From positions 1 to 18,182 of the forward strand of contig JBBQSO010000099.1 in assembly GCA_038213805.1 (NCBI GenBank): a stretch of DNA of 18,182 bases, given 5' to 3'. This document shows positions 1-7,984 of this stretch, piece by piece. How positions within the stretch are numbered: position 1 is the first letter of the stretch; each line of letters opens with the position of its first letter. The notes beneath the pieces are model-generated. The model saw only the letters and a program-made list of their open reading frames with translations, was not told the DNA's origin and did not search any database. The position numbers and the translations under genes are program-made. The DNA comes from Planctomycetota bacterium. Lineage in GTDB: Bacteria; Planctomycetota; UBA11346.

Positions 1-50
1 CCTCCGCCGCAGTCCGGTAGCGAATCGGATGTTTGATGGGGACGAAGCCA

Positions 51-77
51 GCCGAGCTGGGGCTCGGCGCTCCCAGG
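51..77. repeat. REP-like palindrome GCCGAGC-TGGG-GCTCGGC followed by GCTCCCAGG
   Basis: Perfect 7-bp stem (51-57/62-68) with a 4-nt loop. The minus strand reads CCTGGGAGCGCCGAGCCCCAGCTCGGC, a short conserved-looking head next to a GC-rich hairpin, which is REP-type architecture. Only one copy in this window. Confidence 0.45.
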
Positions 78-326
78 CCGGTCGACCCACTCGCCCTGGG
101 TTCTGCAATGCTCTCTCCAGTCGGGTGACAACTGCCGGAAAGTGCGAGCCTGCATCTCCTTGGCAGGGAAGATTGTCGAGTTTCGTCTCCTGGCCCGACT
201 CACTGGTGAGCATGGGTACGGGTGAGCAGTGCGGGCCGGCACTTTCTGGGTTGGTTCAAGCATCTCCCTCGTAATGACTTAGCACAACGTTGGTGATGTG
301 GCATCCACTTGGGCGACCATAGGGCG

Positions 327-878
327 ATGCACAGCCCTGACATCCATGATCTCGCCGTCGCCGCCTGCGCGGGCGATACCAATGCCTTTGATGCGTTGAT
401 CGGGCATCTGGGGCGCGATCTGCGCATCTTCGTCGCGTCGCGCGCGGTGAATCAGGAGCAGATGGAGGAGATCTGCCAGACCACGTGGGTGACGGCGTGG
501 GAGCGGCGGGCCACGTGGCGTCACGAGGCACCGTTCGACAGCTGGGTGCGGGGCATCGCGCGGAATCAGTTGCTGCAGGATCTGACGCGCCTTGCACGCG
601 AGCGGAAGCGGCATGGCAGCGATGAGATCGACCAGGTGTTGGCGAACGATGGGCTGGCCCAGCTCGATCAGGCCACGGACGTGCGCGCCGCGCGGCTGAC
701 CTCGTGTCTCGACCAGCTGTCGCCGCGGGCCAGGACGATGCTCCTTGCCCGCCATGGCGCGGGCGAATCCATGGCGAGCCTGGCGCGCCGCTTCAAGCAG
801 CCGGTTCCGACCTTGGCGACGGTGCTGTGGCGACTGCGCGCCAGCATCCGCCAGTGCGTGGAGGGCGTGACGCCATGA
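327..878 (+). CDS. ECF-type RNA polymerase sigma-70 factor (183 aa)
   Basis: Region 2 motifs (GDTNAFDALI..LRIFVASR..MEEICQTTWVTAW..FDSWVRGIARN) and region 4 (LTSCLDQLSPRARTMLLARHGAGESMASLARRF..TLATVLWRLRASIRQCV). ATG at 327 preferred over the track's TTG at 309. Stop overlaps the next ATG (ATGA, 875-878). Confidence 0.92.
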   Translation: MHSPDIHDLAVAACAGDTNAFDALIGHLGRDLRIFVASRAVNQEQMEEICQTTWVTAWERRATWRHEAPFDSWVRGIARNQLLQDLTRLARERKRHGSDEIDQVLANDGLAQLDQATDVRAARLTSCLDQLSPRARTMLLARHGAGESMASLARRFKQPVPTLATVLWRLRASIRQCVEGVTP

Positions 879-2662
879 CCACGCGCCTGGCTGAATTCTT
901 CGAACGCGCCGGCGATGGCGATCTCAACCCCGCGGAGGACGCCGAGCTGCGTGCGCTGCTTGCGGATGCTGATGGTCGCACCGCGGTGATCGCGCAGCGC
1001 CGTACTGCGTTGCTGCTGGCGGCCTGCTGGGATGAGCGCAGTGCGGGCACGATCGGGGCCCTGGCGCGGTCCGCGTCGACCGTGCAGCGGCCCAGCCGAA
1101 TACACCTGCGTATCCGCGCGCGTTCAGCGCGGCGGCGGCGGTTCGGCATCGACTGGAGCATGAGGCGCGTGCTGGTGGCGGCGGCCGCGCTGATCCTGGT
1201 GATCCTCGGTGGTCGCGCCTGGTGGTCGCAGCCCGGCGATCTGCCGCTGATCGCGGCCGGATCGGTCACGACCGGCGCGGGGGTGCAGCTCATCGCCGGT
1301 CAGGTGGTCCCGGCGGGCGCACGGGTAAGGAATCAGGCCGGTGCCGAGGCACGACTGCGCTGGCGCGATGGGACGCACCTCGACCTGGCGCCTGAGAGCA
1401 CGCTCGTCGTCGAGGTCGGCAAGCAGCTGCGTCTGGAACAGGGCGTCATCCACTGCGTGGTCGCGAAGCAGCCCGAAGCGCAACCGCTGCGCGTGCGCAC
1501 CCTGCAATCCGAGACCCGGGTGGTGGGCACTGAATTCACGGTGACGATCGACGCTGGGGTCACGCGGCTGGCGGTCTCGTCGGGGACGGTGCTCTTCACC
1601 GACCTGGCGAACCAGCATGTCACCACGGTGACCGTCGGCGGCGTCGCCAGCGCTGGCGATCAGGCGCTGCCGCCGGCCTTGGCGCGCGGCATCAATCTGC
1701 TGGTGACGGATACCAATGGCGGGGCGTGGCCGGCGGATGCGCGCGGTCTGCGCCAGCTGGACGCCATCGCCGCCGCCGGCTTCAGTTTCGTGCGCGTGGT
1801 CATTCCCGGGAAGCGTCCGAGCGCAGCCGAGGGTTTGGAGCGCGGCACGCTTGCAGCGCTGGACGCGCTGCTGGATGCCCTCGCTGCCCGCGGACTGGCC
1901 AGCATGGTCAGCCCGTATCCGCTTGAGGACACCGATCCCGCCACCGCGCGCCTGGATCAGCAGCGCGTCTGGCCGGCGTTGGCCGCGCATTTGGCGCGGC
2001 GATCCGCCGACCGGATGTTCTTCGAGCTGTCCAATGATCCGCGTCAGACCACCGCGGAACGGCGTGCGCAGGTGGTGTCGCTGGTCGCGGCCATCCGCAG
2101 TTCCGCACCAGCGCACACCCTGGTGATCGACACGCACATGGGTCTCAGCGGATCCGTCGAGGCGCTGGAAGCGGTCGTGCCCATGACTGACAGCGGCATC
2201 ATCTATGCCGTGCGCTTCTTCGAACCGGTGCTGTTCACGCATCAGGGGGGTGCCTGGATCGGCGAACCCTACGGCCAGGTGGCGTCGGTGCCGTACCCGA
2301 GCGATGCGCAGGCGGTGGTGGCGGCAGTGGCGCGGACGCCTGCGGCGCAGGCGGCGCTGACGCGGTATGGCGCCGAGCGCTGGACCGCGGCGCGGATCGA
2401 TGCGCTGCTGGCCGCCACCGCGGCCTGGGGCGAGCGCAACCATGCTTCCGTGCTGGTGACGAATTTCGCCGCGGTGGCCGCTGCTCCGGCAGATGCCAGA
2501 ACCGCCTGGATGCACGATGTGCGTACGGCGTGCGAAGGCCACCACCTGGGCTGGTCGGTGTGGCAGGACAGCGGCGTGTTCACGCTCTGGGCCGGGCCGA
2601 CCAGGGATGCGTTCGATCTCCAGACGCTGCAGGCGTTGGGCCTGCGCGCTGCTGGGCCATGA
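875..2662 (+). CDS. FecR-domain anti-sigma factor fused to a GH5-fold domain, predicted catalytically inactive (595 aa)
   Basis: ATGA coupling to the sigma gene. Short N-terminal helical region, Arg-rich stretch, one TM helix (VLVAAAALILVILGG), FecR motifs (ARLRWRDGTHLDLAPESTL..LRLEQGVIHCVVAKQ..PLRVRT..VVGTEFTV..TRLAVSSGTV), then GH5 landmarks (LARGINL, AGFSFVRVVIP, FFELSNDP, FEPVLFTHQGGAW, GWSVW). Confidence 0.88.
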   Translation: MTTRLAEFFERAGDGDLNPAEDAELRALLADADGRTAVIAQRRTALLLAACWDERSAGTIGALARSASTVQRPSRIHLRIRARSARRRRFGIDWSMRRVLVAAAALILVILGGRAWWSQPGDLPLIAAGSVTTGAGVQLIAGQVVPAGARVRNQAGAEARLRWRDGTHLDLAPESTLVVEVGKQLRLEQGVIHCVVAKQPEAQPLRVRTLQSETRVVGTEFTVTIDAGVTRLAVSSGTVLFTDLANQHVTTVTVGGVASAGDQALPPALARGINLLVTDTNGGAWPADARGLRQLDAIAAAGFSFVRVVIPGKRPSAAEGLERGTLAALDALLDALAARGLASMVSPYPLEDTDPATARLDQQRVWPALAAHLARRSADRMFFELSNDPRQTTAERRAQVVSLVAAIRSSAPAHTLVIDTHMGLSGSVEALEAVVPMTDSGIIYAVRFFEPVLFTHQGGAWIGEPYGQVASVPYPSDAQAVVAAVARTPAAQAALTRYGAERWTAARIDALLAATAAWGERNHASVLVTNFAAVAAAPADARTAWMHDVRTACEGHHLGWSVWQDSGVFTLWAGPTRDAFDLQTLQALGLRAAGP

Positions 2663-2694
2663 GACTTGAAACCACGAAAGTGAAGGAATCACCC

Positions 2695-5322
2695 ATGAAC
2701 ATCTCGCGTATTGCGACCGCCCTGCTGTCCCTGGCCATCGTCCTGGCCACGGTGTGCTGCGCTCTACCGGCGGCGGCTGGCGAATCGGTGACCGTCGACT
2801 GGGACGTGGTGCAGCGGGCGGTTGACGCCAAGGCGTATGGCGTCAACGGACCGAACATGTTCGATCCCAATGCCGCCAACAACGCCACCTACCTGGCGGG
2901 CTTGTCGGGGATCACGCAGAAACGTGGGTTCATCCGCCTGCACGGCTGGGGCATGGTCGAACGTTCCGACAGCAACAACCAATACTGGCTCAATGCCGAT
3001 GGCAGCTGGAATGCGGACAAGATCCGCAGCGCGCTGTCGGGCGCGGCGGGTGCCGGCCTGATCCCGTCGATCATGATCAACATCCCCAGCGGACCGGGAG
3101 GCGGAACCGACTATCAGGACGTCGATAGCTTCGTCCGGGCCGCCGCCAGCCTGGTGCAGATCGTCAACGTCGACAATCATTTCGGCGTCACCTATTGGGA
3201 ACTGCCCAACGAGCGCGAGGCGGGTTTCCAGTCACCGGGCCTGACCGCCGGGCAGGCGGCGACGCTGATCTCGGCCTGTTCCCGCGCGATGAAGGCCAAG
3301 GATCCGAGCATCAAGGTCGGCGGTCCGGCAACCGCGTGGATCAACGTCGATTACATAGCGAACGTGGTGGCGGGCTGCCTGGGCGATATCGACTTCGTCA
3401 GCTGCCACACCTATGGCGGCGATGGCAGCGCGTCGGATGCGGCGATCTATGATTCCGCCCAGGCCGTGCAGGGCGCGGTCGCCTCGTTGCGGTCCAGGCT
3501 TACCGCGATCAGCGGCGGAAAATACCTGCCGATCTACGTGGACGAGCATAATTTTGCCTGGCAGGGAACCGGTCGGATCCACACCAACAAGGAAGCGGTC
3601 TACGATGCGATCGTGCTGAGCGGCGTCATCGCGGGCGGTGGCGACGCGTCGATGTACTGGCACGATGCCGGTTCGTCGATGGGCCTGATGGACGAGGCCT
3701 TCAGGCCTTATTACACGGCCACTACCTTCACCATGTTCAGTGCCTGGTTCCAGGGTTCGCAGGTCAGGAGTTCGTCGAGCAACGCAGCGGCGGTCATCGC
3801 CTATGCGACCCGCAGCGACACCGCGAACGCCCTGTGCGTCGTCAACCGCAGCGCGGGGCAGCAGACGGTGACTATGGCGTATAACGGCTTCACGCCGACG
3901 ACCGTCGATCGCTACCAGGTCTCGTCGGCCGGTTTCTCGGGCCCGAACGCGATCGCTTGGCCGTCTATCGTCGGCAGTGGCCTGACCGTGCCCGAAAACT
4001 CGGTCACCTTCCTGATCGCCAGGCCGCCCCCCAGCGCGATCGCGCCGGTGATCACCGCACAGCCGGACAACGTGACCGTCGCGGTTGGACAGACGGCATC
4101 CTTTCGCGTGACCGCGACGGGCACGCCGGCACCAGGCTACCAGTGGCAGCGCAACGGCACTGACATCGCCGGCGCCACGACGACGACTTTTACGACTGCC
4201 TCGACCACGACGGCGGACCAGGGTGCGACCTTCCGCTGCGTGGTGGGCAACAGCGCTGGCAGCGTGACGTCGGCTGACGCGACGCTGACGGTGACCTCGG
4301 GCAGCGGCGGAGCCATCGCCATCAACTGCGGGGGCGGAGGCGTCGGTGCCTACATCGCGGATGCCTATGTCAGCGGCGGCACCACCACCACGAACTGGAC
4401 CGGCGCCGTCGATGTCAGCGCCGTGACCAGCCCCGCTCCGGCCACGATCTATCAGAGCGAACGCTATGGCGCGTCATTCACCTATACCATTCCCGGTCTG
4501 GCGGTGGGTGGTTCGTACACGGCACGGCTGCATTTCAGCGAGGACTGGCATACGGCCGCCGGCAAGCGCCTGCAGGACGTCTCGATCAATGGTGCGCGCG
4601 TGCTGAGCAGCTTCGACATCTTCGCCAGCGCCGGCGCGATGCACAAGGCGGTCATCCGGCAATTCACGGCCACTGCCGACGCCGCGGGCCGGATCGTGAT
4701 CGCGTTCACGGGTGTGCCCACCGATGTTGATGATGCGGCCAAGGTCGATGGCATCGAGATCGCGGTCAATGCCTGGACGAACCGCGACATCGGCGGTCCC
4801 GGTCTGGCGGGCTCGGTCGCCAGCGTCGACGACACCATCACCGTGACGGGTTCGGGTGTGGATATCTGGAATGCCAGCGACGGGTTCCAGTTCGTGGCGC
4901 AGCCGCTGACCGGCGATGGCACCATCGTGGCACGCGTGGTGTCCATGCAGAACACCAACGCGTGGGCGAAGGCCGGCGTGATGATCCGTGCCGGGACCAC
5001 TGCCGGCGCCGTGCACGCCTTCTGCTGCGTTACTGCGGGGAATGGCGTGGCGTTCCAGCGCCGCACGGTCGCCAACGCCGGTTCGTCGCACACCGCCGGA
5101 TCCCAGAGCGCCGCGCCGCGCTGGGTGAAGCTCGTCCGGCAGGGGGCGGTGCTCAGCGGTTATGAATCCGCGGACGGTACGACCTGGCGCCTGGTGGGCA
5201 CGACCACCATCAGCATGGCCAATCCCGTACAGATCGGTCTGGCGGTGACCAGCCACGACAACAGCCGGCTATGCATCGCGATGTTCGACCACGTGCTGGT
5301 GACGCCCAGCGGCAACGGCTGA
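2695..5322 (+). CDS. Secreted multidomain clan GH-A glycoside hydrolase (GH39-like) with Ig-like, malectin and C-terminal ConA-like (DUF1349-type) modules (875 aa)
   Basis: AAGGAA SD before ATG 2695; alternative ATG at 2659 overlaps the upstream stop. Signal peptide (..LPAAA/GES). YWELPNE, IKVGGPA, DIDFVSCHTY and PIYVDEHN catalytic-domain motifs. Ig module APVITAQP..YQWQRNG..FRCVVGNSAG (~4042-4293). Malectin AINCGG..YQSERYG..LHFSE..DVSING (~4318-4766). WTNRDIG..GSGVDIW..WAKAGVMIR module (~4774-5310). Confidence 0.85.
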   Translation: MNISRIATALLSLAIVLATVCCALPAAAGESVTVDWDVVQRAVDAKAYGVNGPNMFDPNAANNATYLAGLSGITQKRGFIRLHGWGMVERSDSNNQYWLNADGSWNADKIRSALSGAAGAGLIPSIMINIPSGPGGGTDYQDVDSFVRAAASLVQIVNVDNHFGVTYWELPNEREAGFQSPGLTAGQAATLISACSRAMKAKDPSIKVGGPATAWINVDYIANVVAGCLGDIDFVSCHTYGGDGSASDAAIYDSAQAVQGAVASLRSRLTAISGGKYLPIYVDEHNFAWQGTGRIHTNKEAVYDAIVLSGVIAGGGDASMYWHDAGSSMGLMDEAFRPYYTATTFTMFSAWFQGSQVRSSSSNAAAVIAYATRSDTANALCVVNRSAGQQTVTMAYNGFTPTTVDRYQVSSAGFSGPNAIAWPSIVGSGLTVPENSVTFLIARPPPSAIAPVITAQPDNVTVAVGQTASFRVTATGTPAPGYQWQRNGTDIAGATTTTFTTASTTTADQGATFRCVVGNSAGSVTSADATLTVTSGSGGAIAINCGGGGVGAYIADAYVSGGTTTTNWTGAVDVSAVTSPAPATIYQSERYGASFTYTIPGLAVGGSYTARLHFSEDWHTAAGKRLQDVSINGARVLSSFDIFASAGAMHKAVIRQFTATADAAGRIVIAFTGVPTDVDDAAKVDGIEIAVNAWTNRDIGGPGLAGSVASVDDTITVTGSGVDIWNASDGFQFVAQPLTGDGTIVARVVSMQNTNAWAKAGVMIRAGTTAGAVHAFCCVTAGNGVAFQRRTVANAGSSHTAGSQSAAPRWVKLVRQGAVLSGYESADGTTWRLVGTTTISMANPVQIGLAVTSHDNSRLCIAMFDHVLVTPSGNG

Positions 5323-5373
5323 CGGGGCTTTCTGCACAGCGCTTCGCTTCACCCCATCGCACAAGGATCTCCC

Positions 5374-5823
5374 ATGCGCATCCCACCTCAGATCATGACC
5401 CATGTGTTCGCGGCAGCGATCGTCGCCCTGCTCGCCTCCTGCGGCGCGGGGGGCGGTGGCGCGAGTGGCGGAAGCGCCCCAGGGCCATCAGCAGGCGCCG
5501 CCCTGGGTGAGCGCGCAGTGCCTGGTTACACGCTGCGCGCCCGGCGCGTGAGCACCGCGGCGGACGGGACCATCACCGTACGTGTCCATGTCACGCCGGA
5601 TGCGGGGCATCCGCTGCCGACCGCCGTCACGTGCTGGATCGCCGGCGACTACCGGGCGGAAGCGTCCACCAGCCCTGCCGCGCTGGCGGCCGGCATGAAC
5701 GACGAATTCGAGGTGATGCTCGCGATGCCGCAGCCGCTGCCCGCCGATGCCGCCGTCTGGGTGCGTCTGACCTTCCCTGATGGCACGGTCCTGGAAGTGG
5801 GACGCGCAGCGTTTCCCATCTAA
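5374..5823 (+). CDS. Hypothetical lipoprotein (149 aa)
   Basis: AAGGA SD. Hydrophobic N-terminus ending in lipobox LLAS-C, Gly/Ser linker, then a ~100-aa beta-rich domain. No family recognised. Confidence 0.7.
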   Translation: MRIPPQIMTHVFAAAIVALLASCGAGGGGASGGSAPGPSAGAALGERAVPGYTLRARRVSTAADGTITVRVHVTPDAGHPLPTAVTCWIAGDYRAEASTSPAALAAGMNDEFEVMLAMPQPLPADAAVWVRLTFPDGTVLEVGRAAFPI

Positions 5824-5832
5824 GGGTTTCTG

Positions 5833-6426
5833 CTACGGGTCGAACTTGCCCGTCAGCGAGCGCATCGCGCGCAGGATCTCATGGTCCAGGCCGGCCGCGG
5901 CGGCGAGCAAGGATTCGAGTGAACGGCTGTCGGCGGGCGCGTCGGTGGTCGCCTGCTGGTGGTCCTCGGCGATGCCGGGATAGCGCTCATTGGCGCGCTC
6001 GAGGACCGTATTGAGGCGGCGCAGCAGGGGGACGACCTGGCGCTGCTGGTCCTGAAGGGCCTTGTAGGCGAGCGCCAGCCGCACGCTGCTGGCGAGTTCT
6101 TCGCGGCTGCACGGTTTCAGTAGCAGGCGGAATACGTTGCCATCGTTGAGCGCGCGGACCACCGAGCCCGCGGTCGCCTGCCCGGTGAGCAGGATGGCGA
6201 TGACCTGGGGGTGCGAGACGCGCACCTCGGCGAGCAGATCGACGCCGCCGATGCCCGGCATGAGCTGGTCGGCGACCAGCAGGTCGATGGGTTCGCGGGC
6301 GATGATGTCGAGGGCCTCTTCACCGCTCGTCGCCCACAGCGCGCGATAGGGTTCGCGGTGCACGGTGCGCCGCAGGCCGTCGATAAGGAGGGCATCGTCG
6401 TCGACGAACAGCACGGTCGCGGCCAT
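5833..6426 (-). CDS. Response regulator: receiver domain plus helical C-terminal extension (197 aa)
   Basis: AGGAGGGG SD before ATG at 6426; the track's longer N-terminus is unlikely. VLFVDDD, LLVADQLMPG (phospho-Asp), LLTG and LLKP motifs. No HTH seen. Confidence 0.9.
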   Translation of the reverse strand: MAATVLFVDDDALLIDGLRRTVHREPYRALWATSGEEALDIIAREPIDLLVADQLMPGIGGVDLLAEVRVSHPQVIAILLTGQATAGSVVRALNDGNVFRLLLKPCSREELASSVRLALAYKALQDQQRQVVPLLRRLNTVLERANERYPGIAEDHQQATTDAPADSRSLESLLAAAAGLDHEILRAMRSLTGKFDP

Positions 6427-6516
6427 ATCCCCTCCTAGGACCCGGATCCGCCCGCCACGGGGGGGGGCAGGCAGGGCGGTCGATGTCACAGCCGACGCCC
6501 GGGGGCGTGCCGGGTC

Positions 6517-6545
6517 AGTGTACCCGTGAAGGGCGAGGGCCGCAA
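6517..6545 (-). promoter_or_regulatory. Putative sigma70 promoter TTGCGG-N17-TACACT for the 5833-6426 regulator
   Basis: On the minus strand, -35 = complement of 6540-6545 and -10 = complement of 6517-6522, with exactly 17-nt spacing, ~90 nt upstream of the start codon. Confidence 0.55.
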
Positions 6546-6601
6546 ATGCGCTGGGCGCCTGGGTCTCGCGGCTGGACAGGAGGGGGCCGCTCGTGGCGGA
6601 T

Positions 6602-6630
6602 TTGCATGGCGGCGCGGCCTGGGGTACCAT
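6602..6630 (+). promoter_or_regulatory. Putative sigma70 promoter TTGCAT-N17-TACCAT for the HDOD/HD regulator pair
   Basis: -35 at 6602-6607 and -10 at 6625-6630, 17-nt spacer, in the divergent intergenic region. Confidence 0.55.
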
Positions 6631-6787
6631 GAGGAAGCCGCGTGCCGGCAGAAGCTCGCGGGAATCGCGCGAGCGGCCAGCGCGCACCGGCGCGCGCTGG
6701 CCGGTGCGCAGCGTCCGCCCGGGCCGCGCGCAGCGGAGTGGGCCTGGCGGCTTTCATTCTTCCACCGCATGCTCCATGGAGTGGCTC

Positions 6788-7981
6788 ATGGTGACGGTCC
6801 GACATCGGCGCATCCTCTTTGTGGATGATGAGGTCCGCATCCTGGAGGGCATCCAGCGCATGCTGCGGCCGATGCGCGAGGAGTGGGACGTGCTGGTGCG
6901 CGACAGCGGCGTGAAGGCCCTGGACCTGCTCGCGAGCGAAAAGATCGACGTGGTGGTGTCGGACATGCGCATGCCCGGCATGGACGGCGCCGAACTGCTG
7001 CAGACGGTGATGCAGCGCCACCCCCAGGTCGTCCGCATCATCCTCTCGGGGCAGGCGGACCGCGACTCCCTGATGCGCTCGCTGGGCGCCACGCACCAGT
7101 ACCTCGCCAAGCCCTGCGACCCGGAACGGCTGCGCCAGGCGGTGGCTAAGGCCTGCGCGCTGCGCGACCTGCTGCACGATGAACGGCTGCAGCGCCTGGT
7201 CGCCAGCCTGGGGACGGTGCCCAGCCTGCCGACGCTGTACCAGCGCATCCACGAGGAACTGAGCAAGGACGAGTCCAGCGCCCGCGTGATCGGTGAGATC
7301 GTCGCGCAGGACATGGGCATGTCGGCGAAGCTGCTGCAGCTCACCAACAGCGCGCGCTTCGGGGTGAGCCGCCAGGTGAACTCCGCGGTGGACGCGGTGG
7401 GCATCATCGGTCTTGGCACGGTCAAGTCGCTGGTGCTCGGCGCGCACGCCTTCACCACCCTGGCCGGGGCCACCTCCGGCGGCGTGGCGACCGACCAGCT
7501 CTGGCAGCGCGCGCTGCAGGTCGCCACCCTGGCGCGCGCCATCGCGACGACCCTGCGCCTGGCCGCGCCGGCCGTGGACATGGCCTACACCGCCGGCCTG
7601 CTGCAGGACTGCGGCATGCTGCTGCTCGCGGTCAACCGCAGTACGGAATACGCGGCCGCGCTGGGCGACGCCACGCACCCCGACATCCCCGCGGCCGAGT
7701 GCGCGCACTTCAGCGCTGATCACGCCGCGGTGGGCGCCTACCTGCTCGGGCTGTGGGGACTGCCCGAGCCCATCGTCGAGGCGGTGGCATTCCACCATCG
7801 CCCGCTGGACGCGCCGATCACGGTGGTCAACCCGCTGGTGGTGGTGCACGTGGCCGGCGCGCTGATCGATGAGCCCGCCGGCGGACGCGCCGCCGTGCGC
7901 CTAGACCCCGGGATCGTCGAGCGCTTCAATCTCGCGGGCCACCTCGATACCTGGCGCCGCGCGCGCACCCAGGGGGGCTGA
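6788..7981 (+). CDS. Response regulator with HDOD output domain (397 aa)
   Basis: GGAG SD before ATG 6788 (alternative ATG 6776). REC: ILFVDDE, VVSDMRMPGMDG, LSG, LAKP. HDOD: VPSLPTLY..IVAQDMGMSAKLLQLTNSARFG..AVGIIG..AYTAGLLQDCG..DHAAVGAYLLGLWGLPEPIVEAVAFHH. Confidence 0.92.
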   Translation: MVTVRHRRILFVDDEVRILEGIQRMLRPMREEWDVLVRDSGVKALDLLASEKIDVVVSDMRMPGMDGAELLQTVMQRHPQVVRIILSGQADRDSLMRSLGATHQYLAKPCDPERLRQAVAKACALRDLLHDERLQRLVASLGTVPSLPTLYQRIHEELSKDESSARVIGEIVAQDMGMSAKLLQLTNSARFGVSRQVNSAVDAVGIIGLGTVKSLVLGAHAFTTLAGATSGGVATDQLWQRALQVATLARAIATTLRLAAPAVDMAYTAGLLQDCGMLLLAVNRSTEYAAALGDATHPDIPAAECAHFSADHAAVGAYLLGLWGLPEPIVEAVAFHHRPLDAPITVVNPLVVVHVAGALIDEPAGGRAAVRLDPGIVERFNLAGHLDTWRRARTQGG

Positions 7982-7984
7982 GCG

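Noticed and set aside
1..36. Possible C-terminus of an upstream gene (PPPQSGSESDV-stop)
   Set aside because: Only 11 codons; cannot be supported from this window.
704..874. N-terminal extensions in the ORF track (starts 309, 704, 2530, 6593, 6687, 12015, 13391, 13848)
   Set aside because: They overlap upstream genes or promoters. Downstream ATGs have SD sequences or stop/start coupling and match domain or signal-peptide starts.
1124..2692. Long antisense or alternate-frame ORFs (e.g. 1124-2692 -, 6515-7849 -, 9239-10333 +, 10776-11900 +, 13938-15077 -, 14990-16303 -)
   Set aside because: They overlap genes with clear domain motifs, give Arg/Ala/Ser-rich low-information translations, and are the expected shadows of high-GC codon bias.
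2668..2692. ECF-like promoter GAAAC-N16-TCAC before the GH gene
   Set aside because: It would put +1 at or beyond the ATG and exclude the SD. The motifs are short, and this ECF's specificity is unknown.
6594..6606. sigma54-like TGGC...TTGC
   Set aside because: GG-to-GC spacing is 7 nt, not the required 10.
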